Source: Adineta vaga
Taxonomy: Eukaryota; Animalia; Rotifera
Length of the DNA: 64,000 bases
Assembly: GCA_021613535.1 (NCBI GenBank)
Contig: CP075495.1
Span: 14,756,001-14,820,000 of the forward strand
Reading direction: 5' to 3'
Shown piece after piece: positions 1 through 12,816 of this stretch (position 1 is its first letter; every line of letters starts with the position of its first letter). The notes beneath the pieces are model-generated. The model was not told the DNA's origin. It worked only from the letters and a program-made list of their open reading frames with translations, and searched no databases. A program made the translations under genes and the position numbers.

Positions 1-3000
1 CCAGTAACATATTTTCGTCTAAAATAAATAATTAAAGAACGAAGTCTTATGAAGAAATGTTTGCTAATGTTTGTGAATACCTTTGATGATGTTTACTAAT
101 TGTTGATTTTTTATAATCCATTTGATCATCACCTAAATCAAGTAGACTATCTTGACTTGGATCAATATTGATCTCTGATTGAGTTCCTGAACGAATTGGA
201 ATTTGTATCTATTTATAAACAATTGAATAATTCGTTTCAATTCATTCGCAATCTTCACAAATAATTACTTCATGTACTTCATCTTCCATATAGTGATCTT
301 CATCTCCACTTGTATCTGTATCACTCATAACATTTCTTGAACGTTTATGTTCACCTGTATTCGAATGTTCGTCATCATTCAATGATGTTGTCGTATGAAT
401 CGGTGATCTACTTCGAGCACGTAAATTAGCAAATGCATCATTTGAACGTTCATCATCAGTTCCACTATTATATCCTGGTCGAACACCTTCATCATCGGAA
501 TGATCATGACCATTAATTCCATTGGTATGTTCATGTTCATAAGATTCAATTTGACGTTTAAGTTTCGTTAATTCTCCTTTTTTAGTATTTAATACAAGAA
601 CAAACTAAAAGAACAACAAAAGACACATTTTTATCATTCCAAAGAATGCTAAAATATTTTTATATCCTCCCCGTGATCATCATAAATCAATTCATTGATA
701 AAACTTTTCAAGTACGTCGATAATAATTAAATATTCAATAGACATTTCTTTTCTCATTTTCTACGTCATGACACTTTGAATGATTTGAAGTAAAAGTACA
801 CTGACTCATTCACTCTTTCTTTTCTTCGTTTCGCCTACTTAATCGAAAATTAATTAAGACAAATAGAAGTTTTGTGCGTGAAACAAGAATACAACATGAT
901 TTTCTGATTGTTAATGTTTGTTTTAATTATTAACAAATCACATTTTAAGTGTTGGCAAGTATTAGAAGGAACAAACAGTCGCCTACACAACAACAAAAAC
1001 AACAAAAAATACATTTTGTATAGACATGACTCACGGATTGTCATTGCACAACAGACCGAGTTTCGACTGTATTTCTTTTATTGTACGGTTTTTTTTCCAC
1101 ATAGAAATTGTATCATGCGTGTTTTTATAACAAAAACTAAAAGAGTAAGTCTTTGGATTGGATAAAAATGTACAAAGTTTTACACGAAAGTACTTCAAAT
1201 ATAATTTGTTGTCATAATGACATCATAGTTCTTTTCGTGCGATATCGTACTTCCAGTTAATAGTTATATTTCAAGTTAAATATAGACGAATACTCAAACG
1301 TAATAAAATCAATATATGTATACATATTAAGAGAGGTAAAAAGTAACAGAATACAAAAGACATTTATTCTTTCGTTCTTTGATATTTATCAGTAACCTAC
1401 AAAACATTAAGAAAAAAATTGGTCATCATGATGTTGATTTCTTTATCCACTGATTATTGTCATAGTCAAAAGAATTATTTTAAATCACAAATGTACATAC
1501 CGGTAAGACGAAAGAAAAACAAAACAACCGAACTTGAATCTTTTTCTGCGAAAGATGACGAAAGTTTTTCATAGTTTCAAATTCTGTTTATTCTTAGCAA
1601 AGAAAGGAATATTCCCTCGAGGCAGGTAACTCTATCCTTCATACAGTAGATCAAATATTATGTAAACAAACTACGACATTTGAGTAATTGAAAATTATTG
1701 ATCGATGAAAATACGAATACTTCCTTTGGGGTGATAATATACAGTTAGATGTGTCATTCATTTACAAAAACACCTTTCTATAACGTTTTTTTCTTTTCCG
1801 ATCAATCACTGTCTACCATATATATATATATATATTTCTAGATAGAAAATAGTTTCAAGAAACATTTATGAGAATAATGCTTTGTAATAGTTGTAGATAG
1901 AACCAAAAAGAGATGTGTTTAGAAGGTTCACCACGTATTCAAAAGCGTATTAATTATAAAGAATCTTTTCTTCAGTTTCGTAGTTATAGTCAAGAAAAAC
2001 TTCTTGAACCAACAAATCAATGTCGATCGGATTCTACTCATTCTGTCGATTTATTTTCATTAGTTGTGCCAGCAAATCATGATTCATCATTATCATCTTT
2101 ATTATGTTCCATATGTTCTTTACCAATGATGAGACCTAAGTTACTACCATGTCAACATACATTTTGTCACACATGTTTAGAAGATATTCAACAAACTCGA
2201 CCTGGTTCATTACCAACACATTCAACAAACTCCTTGTCGTTAATTGATAATCAAGTGAAAACAATTACCTGTCCAAAATGTTCACGAAATCATCGTATTC
2301 AATCTGTAACAAGTTTAAAACACAATGAATCTGTTGAATTATTAGTAAATACACTTCTATGTAGAACATGTCTTAAATTATATCCATCCAATCAATTGGA
2401 TACATGTTTTCATTGTTTTGATGCATTATGTCCGAAATGTTATGATCAACATATTGAAAATCATCAAAATGAATTAAAAACAACTAGAAAATCTTCGCAA
2501 ATTTTATCAATTGAAGAAACAATAAAACCAAATAGAACAGAAAAAGAAACAATATTTAATGAAAATGTCAAATCTGAAATAAAAGCAAGTGATATTGAAA
2601 CTGTAGATAATCAATCTGAGAATTCGAATTCTTCGTCGCCAACCAATACAAAGAAAAAATCACGAACTTTTCTTCGTAAATTGATTACTTCAACTCGACA
2701 TCGTCATTCTACCGATGATATCAATTCCAAACCTTCTTCACCTGTAGTAAAACGATCGTCATCAGCTAAACTTCCATATCGACCAAAAATTGTCATCGAA
2801 ACAATACTTGACATTCCACAAACTATCGAATCAAATCCTTCGGTAGTTCCTATAACACCTGTTCGTCAATTTATCAATTTCAATGAATATTTTATTGATA
2901 GAACTCAACATATCGAACAATGTAAACAGCGACAATCCGAATTAAATCGATCAGTCGACAAATTAATCGAAGTATTTTCAAAGAAAACAAATGAAACAAT

Positions 3001-4451
3001 TCAACAAATATCGCAATATTGGATGTATTTAAAACAATTTTTATTCGATCAATTACAAGCTAAAACGAATCGTTTTCACATTTTCAATCATCTAATTAAA
3101 ACATGTTGTTCAACATCAGAATCTCAAAAACAAATCGTATCTTATTTTGAACAAAATGATGAAATCAAAGCTTCATTACAAGTTCTTCTAACAACATTAT
3201 TAATTGTTAATCAACAACAAACACAATTAGTCATTAATCAATCATTCGATCGGGAAGAACAAACAACTTTAGGAAGATTACGACGTCATTATGAATTCTT
3301 CTTAGCATCTTATGCCGAAGAACTATCATTTATTCATGAACGTATTCGTATATATGAATCTCGATTTGCTACATGGAGAAATTTTAGTACAACAGATTTA
3401 GATTCGTTAAGTTATGAATGGACACACATAATTGAACATGATTATCCTGTATTAATCGAAAAGATTTCTAATGATTTCATTACAAAAACTCCTCAAATTG
3501 AAAAAAGTCTTTTCGAAATGTTAAAAAATATGAAAAAACGTTTGTTGAGTATCGATCATCAAGGAACGAGTCAAAGGAGTAGTGTCGTTAGTTTATAAAT
3601 ATGTCTGTTGTAATGTAACTGTTATATTCATGTTTAAATATATAAATAGAATTCATTTACCTTTCGATATAAATCAGCTTCAAGTTTTTCTTTTATGTCA
3701 ACAGTTTGTTTGACTGTCTAAAGAATGAGAAGAAAATAGTCAAAGAATTTATTTGTATTTATTTTCGAATTACTTCAAGTGCTTTATTTAATTGTCCATT
3801 AATACGTTGAATATCAAAGATTTTTTGTTCATTTGCTGATCGTAATGTTTCCATTTCATCAATAGAATGATCCATCATTTTCGATAAGATCTAAATTTAT
3901 TTCTAAGAATGAAATTAGAAATTCGAACAAGATAATGATTTACTTCTTCAATAGGTCGTTCTTGAAGTTCAGCACTACCAATAATCTTCAATGAATTCAA
4001 ATCGTCAACCATCTGTTTCCATGCAAACTAACAATTGTAAAATAGAATTTTTTTAGGATTCTACAGTAAGAATCATTTACTTCAATTCGGTTTTTTTCTA
4101 ATTTTTTACAAGTAAATACATAAGTTTTTCCATCAATTTCAGAATGATTTCCTTTAGAAAAAGCACGTTGTGTATGTGAATAGAATGTATCCTGTTGTTC
4201 CGGTGGAAATTTCTTTGCTAACATTCGAACTTGTTGTTGATTTACTAAATAAATTCAAATTCAACAATGAAATAATGACGAAACTAAAACTCAATTATAC
4301 ATGTTCCAATCCATCCAGATTTTAAATTTGTTAATTGCATCATAATTGTATTCGTTCTTTCATCAATTGAACTTTTTAAATAATATCGATCATTATTATC
4401 ATCAAGAATTTTAACAAAATAAGTAAAATCATCATCCATTGATCGTGACAT
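1..4451 (-). CDS. XRCC4: DNA repair protein XRCC4 (multi-exon; 3' end runs off the window start)
   Basis: Exons 4451-4301, 4244-4081, 4027-3944, 3890-3774, 3717-3661, 604-269, 208-81 and 18-1 join in frame via GT-AG introns. The protein reads ...SGWIGTL...FAWKQMVDDLNSLKIIGSAEL...EKLEADLYRK|FVLVLNTKKGELTKLK, matching the XRCC4 head and the ligase IV-binding stalk (human EALETDLYKRFILVLNEKK), then an acidic tail. Confidence 0.85.
1913..3598 (+). CDS. TRIM-like RING/B-box/coiled-coil protein, intronless, nested in an XRCC4 intron
   Basis: 561-aa ORF with RING-HC (CSIC...LPCQHTFCHTC...CPKC), a B-box-like CRTC...CFHCFDALCPKCYDQH motif and a helical C-terminal half. Confidence 0.85.
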   Translation: MCLEGSPRIQKRINYKESFLQFRSYSQEKLLEPTNQCRSDSTHSVDLFSLVVPANHDSSLSSLLCSICSLPMMRPKLLPCQHTFCHTCLEDIQQTRPGSLPTHSTNSLSLIDNQVKTITCPKCSRNHRIQSVTSLKHNESVELLVNTLLCRTCLKLYPSNQLDTCFHCFDALCPKCYDQHIENHQNELKTTRKSSQILSIEETIKPNRTEKETIFNENVKSEIKASDIETVDNQSENSNSSSPTNTKKKSRTFLRKLITSTRHRHSTDDINSKPSSPVVKRSSSAKLPYRPKIVIETILDIPQTIESNPSVVPITPVRQFINFNEYFIDRTQHIEQCKQRQSELNRSVDKLIEVFSKKTNETIQQISQYWMYLKQFLFDQLQAKTNRFHIFNHLIKTCCSTSESQKQIVSYFEQNDEIKASLQVLLTTLLIVNQQQTQLVINQSFDREEQTTLGRLRRHYEFFLASYAEELSFIHERIRIYESRFATWRNFSTTDLDSLSYEWTHIIEHDYPVLIEKISNDFITKTPQIEKSLFEMLKNMKKRLLSIDHQGTSQRSSVVSL

Positions 4452-4554
4452 ATTACACAATCTGAAATATATTATGTTGATTGACACAAACAAACAAACA
4501 AATGAACACAAGAAGCAGAAACGAAGTTTATTGAAGAACAAACATATACAAAGT

Positions 4555-4935
4555 TTATTTTGTCCAACTGACTTTAGGAACATCATTATATTCGGTCAGT
4601 TTATCTAAATAAGAATTTAATTCTTCCACTTGTTCTTTATGTGATTTGGCTGCTTTTTCTAAAATTCTTTCTTCAGCTCGTTTAGCCATTGCTTGTTCAT
4701 AAGCGATTTCTGCTGGTGTACGTAAATCACGACGTGATGAACCTGGTTGATCAGCTGCAGTATTTACTGTTGATGAGACATGTTCCATTTTTGATGATGG
4801 TGCTTCGACACTACTAGAAGATTTCGATTTGTGTTTACGTTTATGTTTTTTCGAAACTTTTCCACCTTGGATTGTGCTTGAAGAATCTCCTTTTAAACGA
4901 AGACTACCACCAGTAAATGAATAAGCACTTGACAT
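4555..4935 (-). CDS. FAM32A: FAM32A-family (DUF1754) protein
   Basis: GGSLRLKG, RTPAEIAY, KAAKSHKEQVEELNSYLDKLTEYNDVPKVSWTK are typical FAM32A motifs. Confidence 0.93.
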   Translation of the reverse strand: MSSAYSFTGGSLRLKGDSSSTIQGGKVSKKHKRKHKSKSSSSVEAPSSKMEHVSSTVNTAADQPGSSRRDLRTPAEIAYEQAMAKRAEERILEKAAKSHKEQVEELNSYLDKLTEYNDVPKVSWTK

Positions 4936-6230
4936 AATCGTTCTAAATGAAAAAGTTACTTAAAATGTGACGAGGAAGAAAGAATACAAAAAGTGAATGT
5001 TCCTGTTCTTTCTTTCTTCTTACAACAAACCTCATAATGATTGGGGAAATCTATGAATCAATTGCAATTAATATGTAGATGGCGCAAATGCGCGATGATA
5101 GGACTCGATATCTTTATATGAAATTTCACACTCACACATAGAAAAATTAAACGATCAAATAATTTTTGAAATTTATAGGATTTCTTAAGAATATAAAACA
5201 GCAGAAAAGTCTACGAAATTGATCATAAAATAATACAGATGCTAAATCGATATGATTCAAATATTTTATATTGAATATCTTTAGTAAAGAAACGATCGGG
5301 ATTGAAAGAGTTATATATTCAATCAGCTGATTTAGATCTTTTAAACACAGAAAGTAAGAATGATTGTGAATGTGATCGAATAATACATTTAAGTGAAATA
5401 AAAGAATTCTTTTCTTCAAAGAAATTTCGAAAGAAACTGTTTAGTATCTTGTCATGTTTTAAATATCAATGAAAGCTTTTAATAGTACTGTCTATTGATA
5501 CATTTTTCTAAGTAGCATAAATGACATGCTAACGATAAAGTGGTGAATATTTATCTTTTGTCGAGTAAAAAAAGCAGGTGAACGTTAATAAAACTAATTA
5601 AATTTATTATTCAAATAAACTCTGTTTATATCAATTTTTCTTTGAACTAAGTACACATTAATATTTTAATCAAGTTGTTGCATTATTTGTTCATTCAATG
5701 TATTCCTTTTAACTCTCCTTATTATTCACGGAAGTTGTAGAAAAAATATCAGCGAATTAACTCAATAGATATAAATGTATTAATAAACATAATTCTGCGT
5801 CTAATAAAGCAATCATTGATATCAAATCGATTATTCTAAGAGCTACATTTCACAAATTCGTAATTTTTGAAGTAATCAGTACATGAACAGGAAGTTTTCA
5901 GGAAAGTATACAACAATAAGGCATACATGTTCGTAGTATCGCTTCAATAATTTCGGTAATTTGAAAAATATCTTTGAGAAATCAAACTGGAAAGAATCGA
6001 AGTTGTAAATATTTGTTCCTACAGAATCTAAATTATGTATGCGACTAAAACAGAAATAATCTAGTAAAAGAAGTTTTGAAATCCGTTCATTACAACAAGG
6101 AAAATAATATTATTGCGCTTATTTATTAGTATACAAAGTATTTTACAAATATTTCATTCCAAAATTATCGACAGTAGAAAAGTCATATAGATAGTGTTAC
6201 ATATATAACAAACCCAACAAATGAACAATA

Positions 6231-6857
6231 TCATACGGACACCACAGCAATTTCACGTAAAATTTTACGATTATGACATTTCTTTGGTGATCTTCGATAA
6301 CGATAGATGTTATGGTAATCACGCGAAGGCAATGTCATTTCACAATAAACAAATACAAGACCAACTATAGCAGATAAAAGAGAGCCTGAATAAAAAAGAG
6401 TTTGACTTATATTCCAGTACAAACAAATACCGCTGTATGCATCAATCGTAATTATAATAAAGACAAGTAATGCACTTATTGAAAATATAAGTGCAAGAAT
6501 ATATCTAAAGGTTTGTTTGATCGAAAAAATTTGATAGACAAGATATATTTGCAACAAATATGAGGCAAGTGGCAATAAACACATAATTGAAGCTTGAACA
6601 TCAGTAATGCACTTGATTGATTTGTTTGATATAACAGAACAATGACATTCTTCATAAGAGATATTGCATTCTAACAGATTTCTCTTTGTTGTATTATATA
6701 TGACTGATGAAGAAAAAAGCGAGTAATGACAAATTGTAATTGTATCATTAAAAGTGTTAATATAAGCAGATATCCATAAAATAGCACCGATACAAATCAA
6801 GATATATCCATCGGATATATTTTCACCGCTAATAGGATATTTTATTTTGATAAACAT
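6231..6857 (-). CDS. Multi-pass membrane protein with a Cys-rich loop, unknown function
   Basis: 208-aa ORF with about four hydrophobic segments and a basic C-terminal tail. Confidence 0.6.
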   Translation of the reverse strand: MFIKIKYPISGENISDGYILICIGAILWISAYINTFNDTITICHYSLFSSSVIYNTTKRNLLECNISYEECHCSVISNKSIKCITDVQASIMCLLPLASYLLQIYLVYQIFSIKQTFRYILALIFSISALLVFIIITIDAYSGICLYWNISQTLFYSGSLLSAIVGLVFVYCEMTLPSRDYHNIYRYRRSPKKCHNRKILREIAVVSV

Positions 6858-8428
6858 TTAATAAAAAAAAATGGTCAGTAACCTTGTAACAAGTTGTAAT
6901 ATACAATGAATCTATAATGAAACAAAAAGATACAATGTAGGATGGTGTTTTCAACTATGAAAAACTCGGTGTTAATAATGAGTTGAGTGAAAGAGATGCA
7001 GCAAAAAAAGAACCGATATCAATCAATCCAGTTGTGAATGGCTATGAATACTCAATATTTGTAAAACATACGACCATTTATAAAGATCTTCATATCAAAA
7101 AATCACAAAAAGAACTAAAAAATACTGAGTAATTATAAAGTCAGTTTGCAACGTTTGTTTTCGAGTATTTATTCTGATGTTTTCATTGGAGGCAACGACA
7201 ATGAAAACACGAATTTTTCATGAGACAAGGCCATGCTTAGTATACGATATATCTCTAAGAAAATTTTATCTATAATTTACATAACACATCTAATGCTTGA
7301 TAATGAAATTGATCAGTTATACAAACTTGATTGAAGATCTTTAAGTTATTCATTTATTTAGTTATTCAAAAACAAAAGACACTTCTTAACAATAGTCGAA
7401 AGAAACAGTGTGAAATCAATGCCAATTACGTTACAATACAATTCTAAAGCAACAAAGAACACTGTACTCTTGCCTTTTCCACAACGAACTCAAGACTTAC
7501 TGATCAAGCGGATGAATCAATCTAATGAATTGATTTCTAGATGTCGTCAACTAACAAAGATAAGTTCGATGAATGAACTATCGTTGTGTTTTAATACTGT
7601 TCATATATCTTTCGAAATTGAACAGATTTAAGAATATAAATTCGCTCTCAGATTATTTTATAATTATGAAGGAAGACATTTAATGAAAAGATTTCGGATT
7701 TTACACATTAGGTCGTCTTGTTCACTGTTTGTCTGCATGGGTAGATAGTTATTTTTTATTTTTTATGTATCTTACATCACGATATTCAGGGAATAATGAC
7801 AGCATAAGGTAAAAAAGTCATTGTGTGTAGCATTCGTGGAAAGAAAAAAAACTCCTCTAGTTTCAATTGCGAATGCGTTGTCAATAAGAACACATGATAT
7901 CAATCCGCAGAATATTATACAGCTTTGTTCTGGTCGTCCCGTATTATTATTTAATGGTGCTGTTGATTCGGGATCATATATGGATGATGCAGCTATTGAA
8001 TTGCGCAAAGCAAACACTCTTGTAATCATTTCAAGAGGAAAAGCAAGGTTCTTTACTTTGTGTATTTTGTTAGATTTCTGAACTTCAAAAATATAGAAGT
8101 CCTGCTCTTTTCTCTCTTGGTCCAAGTACATCGGAAATATCAAACAATATGTATCATGTGTTAATAGTGAGTCTATCATATGTGTCATCGAAGATCAAAA
8201 ACATTTTCACCTGTTCCTTTTAATCATTTTAAATTAATATATAGACGTGAAAATATCTTCATATATTACTTTTCTTCAAAAGATTAATTCTAAAACCTGA
8301 TTGCAAGATACTTTGGCCTAGTATATCAAATAACAACATCGGTTATTGAAAAAAAGATTAGATTCTGCTCTATAAATTGCACAACAATATTCGACTTGGT
8401 GCTTCTCTCATTCTCATTCTACAACAAT

Positions 8429-9325
8429 ATGAACATGCTAATAGTTTCTTACATATTAATCATTCACATATATGGAATTATGGCGATGGATTGTGAATAT
8501 TCATCACGTGAATATCAAGTTGTACTTCGACCGGATCTTTTGATCAATTCATTTGAAGCTGGTGTTATGCGTATTTTCGAAGAATTAGACAGAATTGAAG
8601 ATGCGAAACGTATTCCATTTAAACTCTCAAGATCATCTTTGAAATTTAAGAATGAAACACTTGTTTCCTATACTCATGATTTATCTCGAAATTCCGAAGA
8701 CTTTTTTATTCCAATTACATTCAAATCACGACGAAAGAAACCAACAGAAGCAGCTGATATTGTAATGAAAATGTCCAATGCTGATCCAGCAATAACATGT
8801 ACACCATTAACAGTATGTATTCGATATATATCAGATCACTAAATTAATCTAATATTGGGTTATACTTTTTTCCAGGTTTCAGAAAATTATACAAATAGTA
8901 CAAAAATAAAGTTCGAACTTGATATTCATGCTGAGAATGGTTTTCTTCGAGCTCAATCAGCGCATAGTTATACTACCGATTTATCAATAGATTTTAATCA
9001 AACATCTTCTATTAACATATCTGATATTCTGATCGATGCTGCTACCAAAATGACCTATTCACAAGAACCACTTATTATTGTACCTAAATCAACGAACAAG
9101 TTCGTAGTACAAACAGCAGAGTTTAAAATCAATTTAGCTAACGAGAAAGTAGGAGCAATGATTATGTTTTACAAAAAATTAGATTCAATCAAATCGGAGT
9201 TCTCGTTTCGAATCAAAGGTTCAACTGTTGATCGAAAAGTTCTACTTGTTGCACAACAATTGGTTATTGAATTGTCACAAATTACCAATATTGCACTGTA
9301 TAGCTTGATACAACCAAGAAACTAA
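8429..9325 (+). CDS. Secreted CYTH/triphosphate-tunnel-like protein (two exons)
   Basis: TATA-like CTATAAAT at ~8370; signal peptide MNMLIVSYILIIHIYGIMA; GT-AG intron 8813-8875 joins the two ORFs in frame; motifs SREYQVVL, KFELDI, EFSFRI. The fold call is tentative. Confidence 0.55.
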
Positions 9326-9949
9326 GAGAAAATTTTCTAGATTTATCTAATCGAATTTCTGTTAACAATAAGGCTTTAAAAAAAGTAATTATTATAAATG
9401 AAATAAACAATATGCAGCAATGCTTTGCTTCGAGATTTTAAAAGCATTCATTCAATGAATTTATCATTCGACGTTGTCACAGATTCAATTCTAAATTTGA
9501 CTAAATATACACAGTAAATCCTCTTTTAGAACTTAGTCTTGTCGCTTTTTTCTCCTCATCTATGTACAGCATGATGTAAGTCATAGCTTTATTGCTAAGC
9601 AATGCTTATAACGAGAGATCTAACCGGCAGATACGATCATATGATTCATGATATTTTCATCTATTGGCTCTTCTATATCAATGTTGAGTCATGCTGTAGC
9701 TGCCTTTGAGATCGAAGAAAAAGAAAAAAGTAATGACGTATTTTCTTTTTTTTCTCTTTCGGTGCCAAAGAAAAATACGAACGTCCTTCGCCAATGAATG
9801 CATCGGGATCTGCGAGAGTGCGAAGAAAGAAAAAAAAGCTTTTTTTCTTATTCGCTTCCGACATTCATCGTTAAACATAGTTTGAAAACAAACGTAAGAT
9901 TTTCTTTGAACAAAACAAATATTTTTGATCATTTCCTTTAGAATCAGGC

Positions 9950-10627
9950 ATGTCGGATTTTTTGGGCCGTGTTGGTCGAATTGCTGAATGGACTGCTGTA
10001 TCAAATATTACCAATCGTGCAGTCAATGCCGGATGTGACAAAGTGCAAGAAATGTGGAGAGATCGAAAACAAGAAAAGCATAAATCTCACAGCGGATCAC
10101 ACCATGTAAATCCAAGTCCACCACCACCACCACCACCACAGTCACAATCACAAATGCCATACTCATCATATCAACCACAACAAGCATCTTATATGCAAGC
10201 ACCACCGCCATCTATGGGAACTGGTCAATTAATAATCAATGTTAATCATATCGATGGTTTAAATCAATGGGGTCCGTTAGTTGTCATTATCGAATGTAAT
10301 CAACAACGATATCAAATACCATTCGCACAGTTTCAACAACAATTTTCATTTCCTGTGCATCAATTTGATTATGATCAACTATTTATTTGGATTCAAACTG
10401 AGTATCAACAACAAACGATTGCCCATGGTGAAATACCTGTACGAATTCTATTAAATAATGCTAATACTTGGACTCCTCAACAACAGCGATGGATTCCATT
10501 ACGAGATCAGTATAATGGACCATGTGGACAATTACTTGTCAATATTGAATACAAAACAAATTATTCATCATCTCCACAAATGGCAGGTCCTCTTCCACAA
10601 CCACCACCACCTTATTCATATTATTAA
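9950..10627 (+). CDS. Pro/Gln-rich protein with a single C2-like domain
   Basis: GQLIINVNHIDGL...GEIPV...WIPL...GQLLVNIEY C2-type strand pattern flanked by poly-Pro; ends PPPPYSYY. Confidence 0.75.
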   Translation: MSDFLGRVGRIAEWTAVSNITNRAVNAGCDKVQEMWRDRKQEKHKSHSGSHHVNPSPPPPPPPQSQSQMPYSSYQPQQASYMQAPPPSMGTGQLIINVNHIDGLNQWGPLVVIIECNQQRYQIPFAQFQQQFSFPVHQFDYDQLFIWIQTEYQQQTIAHGEIPVRILLNNANTWTPQQQRWIPLRDQYNGPCGQLLVNIEYKTNYSSSPQMAGPLPQPPPPYSYY

Positions 10628-10819
10628 TATTTTTCTTTCAATTTCATCTAACTTGATCTATCATTTCGTTTTTCAGCAGTTTGTCTTTATTTATGTTTAT
10701 ATAATAAATGATATAGAATCAAGCGCAAGGCAAAAATAAAGAAAACTTTTGCTGAACATCGTTGATTACCTAGATTTAATATATTTTGAAAATCTTCTTT
10801 TGTTTTCACTTGAATATAT

Positions 10820-11445
10820 TTTAGATCTGGTACATATGGAGCAAGTATAGAATGTTCACGAATATCTAATATACGTGTTGCATTGAAAAGAAATTTGTTT
10901 AAAATATGTGAACGAGCATTTTGTGAAAATGATGAAGAAGGTTCTGTTGTTGTTGATTGTTCAAATGAAGTTTAAAGTGTAGCAAGACGATTTGTTACTT
11001 TTTCCTTATAAATTTCAAGAAAAACAATAATTAATAATCGTTGTCTTTTGTAAACATCTGAACTACCTGATGCTGTCATCTCATAAGCTAAGACGGTTGT
11101 ATTATAACCTTGCATAGAGAAGCAAGGACAGCTGATCGAATTATTCCATCATACACATCTTTCTACAAAAGAAAAAAAAACAGTTTTCTTCAGTAAAATT
11201 TTCATGAATAATTACATTATTAGCAGATAAATCAAAGCGATTTATAAATTTAAATCTTTCTCGTCGATCATTCTGTGTACAAATAACATTTGTTTCGAAT
11301 ATTTCTACTGCCGATATATCATTAATAGGCAGATTCTATAGGAAAGAAAAATTAATTTAGATGATCGTTATTTTACCTTCAAATTTATACCGTTCAAGAA
11401 ATGGACGAAGTCGAATACCAATCATAATTGGCTCATCTTTTATGC
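10820..11445 (-). pseudogene. Degraded kinesin motor-domain fragment
   Basis: Translated pieces IGIRLRPF, KDVYDGIIRSAVLAS / MQGYNTTVLAYEMTASG (2-nt frameshift, degenerate P-loop), VFLEIYKEKV followed by a stop, and LDIREHSILAPYVPDL. Intron remnants are retained. Confidence 0.8.
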
Positions 11446-11805
11446 CTTTTCTGTCGATGTACGAGATGATGATGAAGAAAGAATACTTGATGCAACATGT
11501 CAAATGATCATCTATACAAAAATTTAGAGATGATAGTGAGAAGATAAGGTCTCTGAAAATGTAACATATGAGTTGAAAGAGTAGATTTTCTTAATTGATT
11601 TAAACGACGAGCCATGAATGCAACGAAGTTGTTCAAGAAAACAGTGGCTACTTTTTCATGTAAATTTAGAAGATGCAAAGAAAGAAAAAAAAGAAACCTT
11701 TTCTTCTTCATTTCTGACATTCATCGTTAAATATAATTTGAAAACAAACGTGAGATTTTCATTGAATAAAACAAATATTGTTGATTATTTTTTTTTAAAT
11801 TAGTC

Positions 11806-12816
11806 ATGTGGAACTTTTTGGATTATGCCGATCGAATTGTTGAATGAACTGCTTTATTGAATATTACCAATCGTGCAGTCAATGCTGGATGTGACAAAGT
11901 GCAAGAAATGTAGAGAAATCAAAAACAAAAATCTCATGATGGATCTTCTAATATAGTTCCAAGTCCAAGTACAACTCCACAGTCACAATCACAAATGCCA
12001 TACTATCCATATCAAACCGCACAACAAGCATTCGATATGCAAACACCACCCCCACCCTGGGAACTCGTCAATAACTAATCAATAGATCCATTAATTGCCG
12101 TTCTCGAATGTAATCAACGACGATATCAAATACTATTTGCACAATTTCAGCAACACTTTTCATTCTCTATTTATCAGTTTGAATATGATCCATTATTTAT
12201 TTGGATTCAAACTGAATATAAAAAAAGTGTTGAAATAAAATTATGTTCATATCTTATTTGATCAAATTTGTCGTTTGTCTTTACAAAAAAATATATCTAA
12301 CGTACTATAACTTACACATCATAGTTGGAAACAATAATAGCGTTATGTTAGAACAAAACAACATATTTTGAAGGCGTGAATGTATGCAAAGTAATATGAA
12401 AAGACGCTGAGGTGAGGGGGTATTTCGAAATTTAAATAACACGGCACATTGTCAATTACATATATGAAAATAGTAAGGTCAAACATAGCCGAAAGAAAAT
12501 CATCATCACCTGATCGTACATAAATACCAAGGCAAAAGCTAAGCTGATTCTATATGTACTCTCAATCGTTAGAGAGACTTGCATTCCCAAAAATATCGTT
12601 CTCTTGAAGTAATCCATCAAATTAAGACAAATTTTTCAACTCTTGAAAGTATTTGACAAGTATTGAGCAATGAAGTGATTAGGCATAAAAGCAGTTCAGA
12701 TAACTATATATATATGGATCATGTAGACAATTAGTCATCAATATAAAATATAACATAATTATGTACCTTTCCCGAGAATTTTAGAACCTCTCTCATCATC
12801 TTATACTTATTATTAA
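11806..12816 (+). pseudogene. Inactivated tandem copy of the 9950-10627 C2 gene
   Basis: Clear nucleotide similarity, with TGG>TGA and TGG>TAG stops and indels. Similarity stops at ~12220 and resumes at ~12790 (SYTYY-stop). Flanks are also duplicated (~9790-9950 vs ~11610-11800; ~10650-10750 vs ~12836-12936). Confidence 0.9.

Noticed and set aside
7410-8188. Overlapping ORFs on both strands (73-138 aa)
   Set aside because: No recognisable motif or coherent exon chain; may be a decayed gene but cannot be supported.
12420-12540. FCLGIY... segment as an alternative last exon of FAM193
   Set aside because: The proximal exon at 13161-13080 gives a better FAM193 C-terminus; the FCL match is probably chance.
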